A stretch of DNA of 64,000 nucleotides, taken from assembly GCF_001194135.2 (NCBI RefSeq), contig NC_068983.1, positions 123,849,151 to 123,913,150 of the forward strand, given 5' to 3'. Origin of the DNA: Octopus bimaculoides (Eukaryota). Below, piece after piece: positions 9,990 through 23,971 of the stretch. The translations under genes were made by a program, and so were the position numbers. The first letter of the stretch is position 1. The number at the start of each line of letters is the position of its first letter. Under the pieces are notes generated by a model, which saw nothing but the letters and a program-made list of their open reading frames with translations, did not search any database and was not told the DNA's origin.

Positions 9990-11490
9990 AAATTTTCGCA
10001 CAAGGCCAGCAAGTTAGGTGGTGGGGTAGTTGATTATATCGACTCCAGCACTCAACTGTTACTTATTTTATTGACCCTGAAAGGATGAAAAGCAAAGTCA
10101 ACCTCAGCGAAATTTGAACTTAGAACCTAAAGACAGATGAAATGCCACTAAGCATTTCACCCAGCGTGCTAACAATTCTGCCAGTTCACCACTTTAATGA
10201 TAATAATAATTACAATAATAATCTTTTCTACTAAAGGCACAAGGCCTGAAATTTGTGGGGAGAGGACTAGCTGATTACATCGACCTCAATGGTTCACTGG
10301 TACTCAATTTATCAATCCTGAAAGGATGAAAGGTAAAGCTGACCTTGGGAGTGTTTGAACTCAGAACATAAAGATGAATGAAATATCACTAAGTATTTCA
10401 ACCAGCATGCTAACAATTCTGCCAACTCACCACCTTAATGATAATAATAATAATTACAATACTGATAATCCTTTCTACTATAGGCACAAGGCTAACAATT
10501 TCAGGGGAGGGGCTAAGTTGATTTTAAAAAATTGCTCTCTGTCGGTTATGACAATGTGCTCTTGTTGATTCAATCCACAGAATAACATAATAACATGCAT
10601 GTAGCTGAGCATTCCATTCACATTTTACGCTAATTATCACAGGGTGACCACATGATGGCATGTGGCTGAGTGTTTAGGTTATTCAGCTCATGATTGTAAG
10701 GTCATGATTTTATTGACCCTGGAAGGATGAAAAGCAGAATTGACCTCGGTGGAATTTGAACTCAGAACGTGAAGATAGATGAAATGCCACTAAGCATTTT
10801 GCCCCATGTGTGAATGATTCTGCCAGGCTGAAGCAACCCTGATAAATGAAAGACAAAGTCAACCTCAGAAGAATTTGAACTTTGAAAACACAAAGCTGAA
10901 AAAAATATCAGTTAACATTTTGTCAGTGTCCTGACAATTCTGCTAGCTTGCTGACTTCTGTAATGATGATGATGATGATAATCTTTATTAGCCACACAAG
11001 GGCTTGAACAAATACAAGAAATACAAACCTTTTGCTAGAGTCTCCATAGAAAGAAAAATGTGAAAAAAAACAGATTTTCAAAATGAAAGGAAGGGTGAGA
11101 GATGTTTCCCAATATACAATGAATAGAAGGATGCAATAAGAATGTTAAAGGTACACACGCATGTGCACACACACATATATATAAATGGATAGATAGGTAG
11201 CTATGCATATATACATACATGTATGTGTGTGTGCATGCACAAGCGCGTGCTTGTGTATCATCATCATCATTTCACAATAGCGGTAGTAGTCCCTTCTACT
11301 GAAGGTACAAAGAGCTAGTTGATTACATTGACTCAAGTATGCAACTGGTACTTATTTCATTGATCCTGAAAGGACGAAAGGCAATGTCAACCTTGGTAAA
11401 ATTTGAACTCAGACCATAAAGACATATGAAATACCACTAAGCATTTTCTTCAGTGTGCTGACAATTTTGCCAGTTCACTGCCTTAATAAT
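9990..11490 (-). mobile_element. Cluster of about five same-orientation copies of a tRNA-headed SINE
   Basis: Unit ...GGTACTTATTT..TTGA(C/T)CCTG(A/G)AAGGATGAAA..CAAAG(T/C)CAACCT..GAATTTGAACTCAGAAC..AAAGA..GA(A/T)GAAATGCCACTAAGCATTT..CTAACAATTCTGCCAG at ~10000-10195, 10225-10440, 10705-10830, 10835-10960 and 11290-11485; the reverse complement carries GTTCAAATTC (B-box). Confidence 0.85.
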
Positions 11491-14339
11491 AACAGTAACA
11501 ATACTATATTTTATTGACTCTTTTTTTTTTTTACTTCTTGACCATGCACTTTGAACTTGCTAAAATCCGGAGCCTTAAGGTACAATTTGAAAACATTTTT
11601 AAACATTTCAGTAGCAAACAAACGTTTATTTTATTGGGCACAAGGGCCCATACAAATAATATAACACATCACACACAAAAGGGATTACAAAATATACTGA
11701 AGTGCACTTATAGATGGACAGACAAAGAGGCTGGCAGATGGGGAGGCAGAGAGACAGATATGGGATGAAACAAAGATGTACCACAGTATATTCAGACAGT
11801 TTAAATTTAGTATACTAAATGAACTACCAAGGAAGGATCAGAATCCACCACTTAGTTAGGATTGAGGAAAACTCACAATTCCAATCACCTTCTCTGAATA
11901 CTGCAATCTAGAATTTCTGAATATGTCCACAAGAATATTTGATGTTTGCCAAGATGAGAACGCTTCCACATCTTTCTGGCAGCTGAACTTTTTCTGTTTA
12001 TATAACATTGTAGTTGTTTTTACCAATAGTCTATCATAAGTGTTCTATAATTTGGGATACCATCTCTTCCTCAATTTATCATTTATCTTTTACTTGTTTC
12101 AGTCATTAGACTGTGGCCACGCTGTGCCACAGCCTTGAATTTGTACAGTATTCCTTTTGTTGTTACAGTATTCCTTCAGTTGTTAGCTGTCGAGACACTA
12201 CATCCTTCAAAACATCCATGGTTCCTGAAAGTCGCCAAAAGTACACCTGATGTCCCCACCCCCATTTTTTTTTACAAAAACTTTTTTCACTGTTCACTTC
12301 CTGTGCATATTCTATGTACTGTTCATGCAGTTTTGGTTACTTTTTTCAATGAGTTGTAGTGCACCTGAGCACTGTATACAATAAGATCATTATATATTAT
12401 ATATTCCTTCGGGTCATTTTGCAGACCCATCAGGCTATTGTTAACAGTTTGGACAGTTGTGAATCTTAGAAAAGCCAAAGAAGGCTGCCTCTAGCAGCCT
12501 TCTTTCCTTTAGTCTAGACTCTTACACACTTTTTTTTTTTTTTTGTCCCAGATGATTTCCAATGTTCTTCTAATCTTCATCTTTAGTCCATGTCCACAAT
12601 ATGATGTTGTAATACTATTGCTTATAACTCCTGATTGTTATCAGTGGCCCCTGGTGCCTGTGGTACTGAAGGGTTCTCAGCATCCAGGAACAAAGACAAT
12701 TTTGGTGCTCCTACCTTAATTGAAAATAAAAAATGAAATTTTGAAATTTTATAATCCTTCCCAACTGCTCCTGGTGGCTAAACATTCTTATAACATTCTA
12801 CAATTCTTTGTAAATTGTTACTAAATCAAGGAGCATGATTAAAATAGTTCACTTTAAGTCAGTATTAGAAATGACAAACTTGAAATACTTTCCAACAAAA
12901 TTCAAATATTTTAAATGACAGAAATATGTAAAAGAGAAAAAGCAAATACAGCCTCAACTTCTGTTTAAATTGAAACATGTTTTACTTTCCTATAAATCAG
13001 GTAATACCACCAAACATAAGAATTAAGCCTGAAGCTTCTCATTCCTTTCATTGCTTATAGATTAACTTGTTGTGTTAAGAAAAATACAAACATTTGTATT
13101 TATTTTTAATAAATACAATAATATATTTCACTACCAACCATTTTATCACTTTTATCTCACTAGTTTAGTATTATTTGACTTCTCTTTATCAGCATGTTTT
13201 TCTTTTTACAATATTTACATCTGCTATTCTTCTTCCAAAATAAACAGAAAATCATGCAACAAATCTACATTTGAAAAAGCCTGCTTCTTATACTATTAGT
13301 TATAGTACTCCAAATATCTTTATAAGGCTTGCATGAAAAGCATTCAATAAACATTAGCATAAAGCAGTGGTTCTTAACCTGAGCTGTAGTGCTCAATTTG
13401 GGACATTGAGAGCTCATAAGGGGGCAGCATATGTCAGGTGGGTTACTGAATATTTCAGTAGAGTTGTGATTTTGCTTTAGAAACAAAATATTTAAACCAG
13501 TTACAATACTGATATTTCAAACACATTTTCAAAAAAGCATTTGTTATGATTAGAATATGAGTTAAACATTGCGTTTGTCAGTGAGCAAAACATTGACTGA
13601 TGATGTGCCAAGATCCAGTAAAATTTCATTAAATAAATCTCCACTTTCTTCGGTAATTTCCATAAACATTCAACATATGTCATTACTCCATGGAAATATC
13701 TAAAATGAAATCATGCTAGATAGAATAAAGTCAAGAAAACATGGATAATAAACTGCTGCACAAAATTAGCTTCTGTTTAACGAAAATAATTGCTGGGTCC
13801 TTTCTTCCCCACTCCAAACATGAGAAGAGGACCTTTGTAAATGCCATTTGGTGAAAGTGGGCACTGGGCAGAGGTATATATTCCAGGTGTGCACTGCACA
13901 CCCATTGAAAATGGCAAATTTGTTATGAATATTAACCTTACTCATTAATTTAATCACAAATCTTAATGGGAAACTGTTTTTATACCCCTATTTGCAATTT
14001 AGTGGCATTGGGTGTGGCAGCACACCCAATACAACAACCACCATATACCACTGGTACTGGGAAACAAATGGTTGAGAACCACTGTTACAAAGCCACCAGA
14101 GTAGTACACAGCAACAGTTCTCATGCAGCTGGCAAAAAATGCACTATTAAACTTTCTTACCTTTGTATTGATTGTTAATGCTGAAAGTTTCTTGATTGAA
14201 TATTTAGATAATTAACTGAAACAGTTTTTCTGTTCCCTCTTTATCTTAAATGATTAAACAATTTGACAGTAATAATACTGATATTCTATGATTGTGAATC
14301 ATAAAGTAAATAACTGTTTTACTCTTTAACCATTGTCAC

Positions 14340-14680
14340 TGGAACTGCTCGAAATCTTTCATCTTTTACTTGTTTCAGTCGTTGGACTGTGACTATGCTG
14401 GGACACTGCATTGACATGTTTAGTTGATCAAATCAACCTTATTACTCATGCAAAGTTTGGTACTTATTCTATAAGACTCACTTTGCCAAACTACTAAGTT
14501 ACAGTAACATAAACAAACCAACACCAGTTATCAAGTCAAGAGGGACTAAACATAAAGACATGCAGATGACAAGCTTCTATACATTTTCTACATGCAAAAA
14601 TTTACTTTCAAGACATTGATTGACCTCAAATTACAGGTTGCTGCGCAGTAGGACTGAACCTGAAACCATGAGGTCATACA
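14340..14680 (-). mobile_element. tRNA-headed SINE, same family as 25065 and 61766
   Basis: Reverse complement of the head GGTTTCAGGTTCAGTCCTACTGCGCAGCAACC and of the ..AGTACCA..GACTGAAACAAGTAAAAGA tail. Confidence 0.65.
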
Positions 14681-14886
14681 GGCTAACAGATACTAAATAT
14701 AATAAATACCCTGAAATCACACCCTACCTCCTTACAAAGTAAGAGGACACATTGAATGATATTATCTTGGAAAGACTATGCCCCAAAACAAAACAGGATA
14801 GTCATGGCTAGAACACCTTTAGTCATAGATTTGCTTAATCAGAGATGACCTGAGATTAAACAATAACAACTAATTTTGAAGTCACA

Positions 14887-15075
14887 TATCATCATCATCA
14901 TCATCATTTAACATCCGTTGTCCATGCTGGCATGGACAGTTTGAATGGAACTGGTAAGCTGGAAGGCTGCACCAGGTTCCAGTCTGATTTGGTATGGTGT
15001 CGACGGCTGTCTGCCCTTCCTAATACCAGCCACTCTGAGAGTGGAACGGGTGCTTTTTATGTGCTACTGGCACAA
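14887..15075 (-). mobile_element. RTE-type LINE 3' tail copy ending in (TGA)n
   Basis: Reverse complement of the 40020-40180 tail (AAAAGCACCC..CACTCTC(A/G)GAGTGG..GAAGGGCA..CCATGCCAGCATGGA..GTTAAATGATGATGAT). Confidence 0.8.
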
Positions 15076-17432
15076 GAATATTGTATATGGTGAATAAGTT
15101 GCATAAATTTGTATTAGAACTCTAGTATTCTTAATCAGAAATAACAGAAGTTGATATGTTGAGGATTAGAGTTGTAGGGGAGGTACAGAACTAGTCTAGG
15201 AACTTTTTGATGCCACCTCATAGACTGTATTTGTCACACAGTATTGTCTACCATTCATACAGGTGACCACTGAGGTAGACAAGCAACCATTGACATATTC
15301 ACGAATAGACATGTAGCCACTGAGACAAGTAACTACTAGATGTGTAGGTGACCCTGAAGTGTAACTACTGAAGTAGCCAGGGAACCACTGAGCAAGATGA
15401 AATATTAAAGATGGTGTGAAGGTGATGATCATTTTTATTATAATGAAAGAATAGTTGAAAAATTTAGTGAGGAAAAGAAGGTCCTGCTGAGGTGCATGGT
15501 ATTTCAGAGTAGTGGTAGCAAGGATAGAATAATGGGTGGAGGGATAAATAAAGGGTGGTCATGTATATTAAAGGTTCCTCATGTGTAAAAAAGTAATGTT
15601 TAAAAAAAAAATGTGACACAGTAATGGAGTTGTGAAGAACTATTAGTAATATGACTGTAAGATAAATATCATAACACTCAGCGAGATAGGGTGAGAAGTT
15701 ATGAAATCTTTTTGAAAATACAAAACAACCTTTGAATGAATATATGTGACACCAGACATTTGTAACAATCAACATTTGCTTCAACATTTATGATGTTAAA
15801 GCAATAAGTGAGAAAGTTGGTTCACATAAAACTGTGGCTGGAATGTTTCCATGCATACCAGTCAATATTAACAAAGATAGGAGATATTTAGCATACCAAG
15901 TATTTAATTATGGATGAAAGAAGATTGTTATAGGAAAATGACAACCACCCAAAGCATATTTCCTACAATAGAAAAATATTCCAATTGTGATGTAGCAAGA
16001 GTTTGTACCACCCAGGGCAGCCCTCATCACCATGTAAAACAACATAATACACATCAACAGTGCTACCCGCTAAAGTGCCATCTGAGGTGGACCACATCTT
16101 TCCTTTTAGCTATGCTATCACTTCAAGATTTATGACAGGGTAAAATGTCAAGTGATTCTCTCACACACAAACGATGATAATATTCCCAAAGTTTCCCTCC
16201 CAATCATTTGAAAAAACATGTGCAAAACTTCAGTAGTAGTTGATATTTTAAGATTGATATTTTCCCTTTTGGTGATCATACATGTCAATACGGTTGTTTA
16301 GCTGTAAGATGGATTTTTGTTTTTGCATGCAATTGGTTTTCTCACAAAAAGTTGTCCCACCTACATTTGTAAGTCAATGTAAATAATTGCTGTGATTTGG
16401 TTCACTATTTTGATTTTCACTAAATTTTTGTGCATTGATTGAAGTGAAAGAAAAAAAGCTGTTCAGTTGACAAGAATAAGAAAATAGTATGGCTCAAAAG
16501 CAAACCCTGTCCTTTCATTCAGTATTAATCATTCATTTCACTCAAAATTAACAAATAACAAATTCAATCAAAAGAAAATATACTTTAACAAATTTTTTGG
16601 GGCAGGGTTTTAACTGTCTTTGACTATATTATCATTTTCCAAATGAATCAAATAAATGCCATCACATTAATTTTTGACAAATATATAACAAAGACACTTA
16701 CTTAAAATGAAAGAAATATAACAAAAAAAATAAACAAAACATCTCTTTTCAGAAACCTCTTTGAAAGAACATAAAAGCACAACCTCAAATACACGTAAGT
16801 AGATTCCAAATTGAATTCTTTTTTTTTTTAGCGCAGATACATCACTTTAAATAAGCTCAGTAATCCAAGCTGTAGAGAAGCTCTCACTTTGTAAAGTGTG
16901 TGTAAGCAATAAGAGCAACAGTCTAACTATCAAACATTTCATTAATTTATTGTATTTGGATCAAGAATTAATGTAGGTATGGCCTGGACAAGGATAACTT
17001 ATGCACAGTTACACTACATAAAATGAAGTTTCCAATGGCCCATTAACATAGTAATTAGTGACAGTCACTATATTAGAATTAACTAATTATTTTTAAAATC
17101 TAGAGTTTGATCTTTCAGTAGTTTTAAGTATGAATTTGTCTGAATTGAAATGCTTACATAAATCTAATCAATATTTTCATCTAAAGACTGAACAACTACA
17201 TCATTCAAAATAATATATTTGTGATTGTAAAGTTGAATAATTATATGTATAACGACTTGGTCACATTATCAGTAGCCTTTCAAGAATACTGGATTTCAGG
17301 TACTAAGAACAATGATTTTGTACTTCAGTAGAATAATAATTGCAGCCTCATTTCTTGTACTTAAAAATCTATTTGTTCCCAGTTTCAAAAGCAATTCATT
17401 CTTATATTTTTGTTTCACTTTCTTTGTTACAG

Positions 17433-18295
17433 AGAACAGCAGTAAATCAATGTTTGTGGTCTTTGATGATCTAAATAAGTCTGAAACTGATTCTAACACT
17501 GGCACTTCAAGAACCAATGAGTGTTTGGGTCCCAGACCACCAGTGTTTATTGTACCCACCCAAATAATTGAACATGGTAGCCCAAAACACTCATGTAGTA
17601 ACAGTGGTTCCCAGCTTGGGGATCATTCTCAACAAAAGCTTAATTTTAAACCATCTCTCCATGCACCAATACCAAATACTACTGAAGAAGTGCTTGCAGT
17701 TCCATTTAATTCTTTGCCTGAATCCACTAGTAGGAAACAAACACCACTTTCCCCAGTTCAAAATAATTCTCCTTTGGATATCTCCGGAAGTAAATCCCCT
17801 CCAAATGTTCCGAGGCAGCAGACTTTAGAAAAGCCATCTTCAAAAACATCTTCTGTTGATCCATCTTCCATTGACCAACATAGAAAGCAAAGTATATCAT
17901 CTACAATGGTGACTGAACCAGAATGCAAAGATGGGAACTTAGACAAACCAGAAAATCTACAAAATGAAATTCCTCCAGCAATTAAAACCAGTCGAAGAAG
18001 TCCAACAGACAAAGATGAAATAATTGAACCAAAATCACCCTATCAAATGAACTCTGGTTATGTGGAATCTCAAAATAGACCAGCTGCAATTATTTTACCA
18101 CCTATTAATGTAAATTCCAGAAAAAAAAGTGGCCAAACATCCAACTACATTGCCTTGAAATCTCCTCGACAAAGAAGCCCTGTGGGTTCAGAAAATGCAT
18201 TTTCTGGTGTTGATAATACCGAACGCAGAAAAAGTTTTATAGAAGATAAAATGTTTGATTCACCAACTCAGAAAGACCCTGGAGCTCCGAGATAA
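17433..18295 (+). CDS. Terminal coding exon (~287 aa, Ser/Pro/Lys-rich, probably disordered) of an unrecognised gene
   Basis: 984-nt open frame (17312-18295) in very AT-rich DNA; long pyrimidine tract and TTACAG| acceptor at 17432 (phase 1); TAA stop followed by an AT-rich UTR-like tract; no motif recognised. Confidence 0.75.
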
Positions 18296-21109
18296 TGTAT
18301 TACATCAGAAAATATCATTGAAATATTCAGATATCATCTTTACTAAAAATAACTTTTTTTAAGAATTTTTAGTTTAGGAAAATAACACATCAGATAATTA
18401 ATAAGAGACAATTTTGTAAATAAGATATATTTTTTCTCGTAAGAAATGATGTACCTTTATTGTTCTTCCAGATATGTTAATTCAAAAAGGTACTTGAAAA
18501 AGGGTTTAATCTTTACTATGCCACCTACTGTAGATCTGAACAGTACACATGGTACCATCAAAGTATTTCTGTTTTTATGAATATCAATATTGCATCTAGA
18601 GATAAATAGGTGCTTTGTCAATAAAAAAATGTACAAGAATATAAAGAATACTTAAATGAATTTCATACTGCAAGCAGTGGTTATTTTTGTGTTCCATAAA
18701 GTAGAGTAGTAGAAATGTCAGATAAAATTCTTTATAGGACAGTTATATCTCTGTTTCTGAGATCAAATTCCAACGGGATCAACACCACCCTTGTTAATTA
18801 AATAAGTACTAGTGTAGACATAAAGCTAGGTTAATTAAAAATTAACTATACCCCACTAGTTTCCAAAACTACTTGTGACCTTGTGCTTAAAATTAAGTTA
18901 ATTACAATAAGACATGGTCTTGGATCTATGTAAGAAATTATTTTGGCAACGATAAAAGACCTATTTTATATATACAAATAAGTCTATAACCAACCAAATT
19001 AATTATTCTAACAAATTAACATGTTAGGGAGTAAAATAATTGCGCAATATTTAAATGATTGGTTATTCACAAGATTTGATTGCTGTTTTGGTTAACCCCC
19101 AAACAGCACATAAGATTTGAACTTAGCATTGGAAACAGAAGATTCTTTTCATCAATAGTGCTTCTATTTCTAACAATATCACACTGTAACCCCTGACAAT
19201 ATCCATTTACAGCTATAGAAATTAAGCTATTGAAGTTTTGTTTTTATGAAGAACATAGCACATTGCCAGTGCTGAGAAATGAACTGTTGACCTCCCAATC
19301 ACCAGGCCAGAACCTTAAACACTTGGTCAGCTTCTTCAATCATTAAATAACTATAGGAATACTATTTTCTCCAATTCAACACAATTCTCCTTTGGATATC
19401 TCCAGATATTCCTAGTAAGTAGATATTGGAAAAAAACACCTTTTAATCTTAATATTAATAGACAATTGTAGATTTAATTAAATGTGTGGCTTCATAAAAT
19501 AATTGTCTCAAAGTATTTTTTCTCTGATCCTAAGGATTTTTTTGTTTTCTCTTTGTTAAGAAAAAGCAGATTCCCACCTTATCACTTTTCATTTAATATT
19601 TTCTTTTATAATGATAAAAAAAAGTATTTGTATGTTGTCTTAATTCCCATGATTTATTCTCAACTCTATTGTTCAGGATCTTATGTCCTAATATGAAAGT
19701 TTGTATTATTCCTATATTTTGTATATATTTACTATTGCCAAAGTGGTTACAGATATTTTGATAATTGGAAGGTTATTTGGAAAATGAATCGTTTTTATAT
19801 TAAGTCACATCTTTTTCTGATATGTAAAATTTCTCATGTTATTTAGACTTGTTAATGATGGGTGAGTTATCATGCATTGTGTAACTCCGGAAGATCTGTT
19901 TAGTTTTATCTAGTTTGGTGCCTAATCTTTCAGAGTGTCAGTCTCCTCCTCCCCAGGGTCACCTTTGCTATTCACTTTTCTGGGGATGATAAAATACAGT
20001 AAAATACTGATAATGATTCCATAACATTGATATTGTACCTAATTAAAAGAGATCAGTATTTAGAAGTATAACTTGACATGTTTAATAAGTTATAATTGAA
20101 TATTTTCTCATTACTATCTTGCCATTTACTCCTACCAAGAAATTATACTTTGTCATTAATATGATGTGCATTTTAGACTCATTTATTAAATATACATCAG
20201 TACAGTTTCTCATAAGGTATACCAAATCCCTTTGAAAAGCCATGTTATTAACCAATTTATCTCTTGCATAGAATATGCTTCTAGTTATCAGGATTTCATT
20301 GAGTTACCTATATAAAATTCATGATAAATTTTGAAGAAACTTTTTATCTACGTTGTGATAGAATCAGAAAAGATTAAATTTTCAGATGTGTGAATTCTGT
20401 GATCATAAACAAATTTCACTTTAATAAATTTGTTTACTTTTTCTTTTGAAGTTGTTTACGTTGAATAAAATGTTATTCTTACCCATATTTTTTTGCACTT
20501 ATTTTTCCTTGCATATGTACTTTATATAAACTAAATTCTTTCTCAAAAGAACTATGAGTTTTCAAGCAATTTTATGCCAGTGACAGATCCAGTAAAAATT
20601 AACAAAATAAGAATTGATATTTCTAAGTAAAAATTGTTTTAAGGTAATATAGATTAGAATTAATATAAAATTATGCTGGAATACCAAGTTGTTTAATATT
20701 CTTTAAGTAGGAAATATTAAAAATTAGACATATAGAAAAGGCCTGCAGGAAAGTCCAAGCCAACAATGCATTGAACATCTGCTTTTATCCTCTAGAGCTG
20801 ACAAAAACTATTTAGCATACTGTATTTTCCAGCATACAAGTTGACATAGTATATAGTATAAACATTCAAACATAGTCACCATCTTTCCAAGTCCTATTGC
20901 ATTTCAAATGGAATTTTTGGTCCTCCAAATTTGTCTTGGTGTATAAGTCAACTTACCTATTTTGGCTGTAAATTTTGGTCTGAAAAATTTAACTTGTATG
21001 CCAGAAAATATTGTATGATGATATCTAAGTGACTTATTTTCCAATAAAAATTGGTTTTGAGTAAATTGTAAAAAGACAAAAAAAAGGGAAAAAAAAAAAA
21101 TTCAAGTAA

Positions 21110-22612
21110 TCTATCTCTCTTATATATTAAAAGGCAAGTTGTCTGTGTGTGTGGACCACTTCTACTCCTACAATTTTCAACCAAATTTCACCAAATTTGA
21201 CATGTGTGCTCTCTTTGACTTAAAATGCTTTTTCATATAATTTTTTTCCTCGAAATTCTGTACCCCCAACATAAATAGACTACTCTCAATTCGCCTAGGA
21301 TTTGACTTGAGCCAGCGAAAAAACGAGACACACACCCAGCTGGAAAAAATCAATATTTTACTTTGTCAGTTGTGGTGAGCTCTTATAGACTGCTTGCATA
21401 GTACTGCCAGCAGTATTCATTTGCAAGTTACGATTTGCCTCTGTTTTCATGTGAGCACTCTTTTTCATATAATTATTCTAACTTGAACTAGCCACTTCAA
21501 AACTCTTACCCAAAATTAAAAATCCTTAATTCGGTCTGTTTGATTAATATTTTTGCCAACTACATTTTACTATTTTTTGGGGGTGCTACACATTCACCGC
21601 TTTTTTCTTGAGACTTTTTCTATTGCGTAAACTGATAATTTTCCACCATGCCTCAACGCAAAAGATCCAATATAGGTTGGCAAACAAATGCTGCAAAGAA
21701 AAGTAAACATATGCATGCAAATGAATCTGCCAAGGATGTTGCCAGGAGGAACTCTCTCAATGCACTTAGGATGGCTTCAGCATGAAGAAGGGAAAGTGAA
21801 CAGCAGTGTTGTGATTGGTTAGCACGTATTGCTGTGCAACAAGCTGCCCAGAGCAACAAGCAACGTTCAGCATGCCGAACAAGAAATGCTTCCTCTACTA
21901 CTGCTGTACAAGCTTCAGAGAATGCAGCACAACACGCAGATCGACTTACAAGAGATGCTTCCTCAACTGCTGTTGCACGAGTTGCAGCACAATGCAGATT
22001 GACTTACAAGAGATGCTGCAGCGACTGCTGCATGAGCTACAGAGACTACAGGGGAAAGACAACAACAGATGTTGCTTTATGTGGCAAACAAGAAAACATC
22101 AGGTAACCATACCCTTGTCACCTTATTTATTTCATTAGCGTAATCTTCACAGTATGCTCTCCGTTAAGTGCCCCTGATTGTGAGGTAGGCAACAGATACT
22201 ACACTTTTCATCTTTTTTGCACAGGCCACACATCAAATTTTTTGTTCAGATAATGTTGTATGTGGAAACCAGTCAAACAGCCGGTAAACATACTATTTCT
22301 CTTTATGTCATATCTTTAGGCTCAACCTTTCCATCTGCTAAACAGCACATGTCAGTAGTTATGTCGTAAGGAAAATAAACTCAATTATTGCCGGTTTTTC
22401 ACAGATCGACCTAGTGTCCCAATGGAAAACAATGACAATGGTGTGAGCATATGACTCTGCATGTTCACTATTGCGCTAAATAAATCAAACAACACAGGGA
22501 ACATCTGCCATTATTTCTTTCATTCAATTCAGAGGTGCATCCGTGAATGGTCAAATAACCAAACAGGCATACTTAACAAACAGTCCAGGGCAACGCCTGG
22601 TATGCCTGCTAG
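21110..22612 (+). mobile_element. Internally deleted Helitron (5' TC ... hairpin-CTAG 3', inserted in A|T)
   Basis: A|TCTATCTCTCTTATATATTAAAAGG 5' end; MPQRKRSNIGWQTNAAKK plus R/E/A-rich repeats (21649-22100) like the RepHel N-terminus; decayed helicase-end motif LCMFTIALNKS (~22455-22490); CCAGGGCAACGCCTGG hairpin 22585-22600 then CTAG|T. Confidence 0.82.
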
Positions 22613-23971
22613 TATATATATAAAGATGAGAATGTGTGTATGTCTGTCTGTGCAAATCCCTAAAACTCGAGAACTACACAACCGATTTCATTCAAATTTT
22701 ACACATGCCTTACTTAGGGTCCATGTAGTGTCATGGGCCAAAAAAAGGACAGATTTAATGCAGTATATCTTTGAAAGTGAGGGGGCATAAATGAGGCCAT
22801 AAGCCCCATGAAAATTCATATATTTTTGCTGTTGATGAAATTTTAACCATACATATTAGACACAAAGGAAGTAACATTTCCAAAATTTCAACTTCTTAGG
22901 AGTTAGTAAAACCCCTTAATGGGGGGCTTAACTCCTACAATTTAGTCATTTTTCCTTAGCCAAGATGAATACAATTGTACTCTTGGAAGCTGTAGGGTCA
23001 CCCAAGGATACAATATGAGCATTATTTGTAATTCAATGGTACAACAGTGTAAGAGTTTGCTTTGAAATATACTTAGATTGTGATTTCTGCAATGTGGTGC
23101 ATAAATTGTCAAGTAAAGGAGAGGCATCTTTGCCTCCAGTGATTCAGTTGCAATGTGTTGAGTAAAGTTATTTGGTTGCAGGCCTCCTTTGAGTCTTTAT
23201 ATAATCACTGGGTCAGAGATAGTCCCCAGATGGTAACATTGATTTCAAGGCCTTCTCAGATAAGTAACTGGTCATTCAAAGAGATTTATAGATTGCAAAT
23301 TTATTCTGTCCAGTTACCTATCGGCACAGTGATCATTGGCAAACTCCAGAGGTGACACTTTCATTTCCCCTTAGCCCACGTCACACAGTTGTTAATGTTT
23401 GAGTTGGGTCACACCCTTCCAGTTGCTATAGATTCATAATGCATCATCTTAGGGCTGTGCCCACCACCTGTATGGTGAGGAATCCTACATTGAGGAGTGG
23501 TAACGACTAGGACAGGGTAGCCGACTCTTACTGTGATCATTCGTCTTTTGGTTTCCTGTAGCTTTGCTCTCTTTTACAAACCCAGTGAACATACATATAT
23601 TTCCGATTTCAAAGAAATTTGAACAATAGATACAAGACCCAAGTTATGAAGATTCCCAACAATTCAACTTCTCTGGTTGACTTTAAGACCCCACCCCCAA
23701 TAGGGGCCTTAACTCCCACATATTAGAGCTCCATGTGTCTATTCATCAGGAGCAAAAACTTTTGAATAGGTTTCATATATGAGATAAATATGTCATGATT
23801 AGAATTTTTGTTAGAGTGTGTAAAGAGAGAAAGAACACTCATTAAAATTCTTAATCTGCAATTTTGATGAAATTCGAATCATAGATATTCCAGTTCATTA
23901 GAGAAAATATAAAAGAAAAGTCTAATTCTTCAATTCCATGTGACACGGGCAAAGTCAGGTATCTCTGCGAG
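22613..23971 (+). mobile_element. Second non-autonomous Helitron abutting the first head-to-tail
   Basis: Starts TATATATATAAAGATGAGAATGTGTGTATGTCTGTCTG; ends CACGGGCAAAGTCAGGTATCTCTGCGAG|T, a decayed version of the first element's hairpin-CTAG end. Confidence 0.7.

Noticed and set aside
9990-11490. Regularly recurring repeats as a CRISPR-like array or tRNA gene cluster
   Set aside because: Eukaryotic context; units are ~200-nt diverged SINE copies with irregular spacing, no unique spacers and no full cloverleaf
15100-16200. Possible very old RT-bearing (Penelope- or LINE-like) remnant; similar purine-rich tract at 35400-36260
   Set aside because: No unambiguous catalytic motif could be read; left unannotated
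21649-22138. ORFs 21653-21859, 21815-22138 and 21834-22106 as host genes
   Set aside because: Frameshifted pieces or antisense of the Helitron RepHel N-terminal repeats
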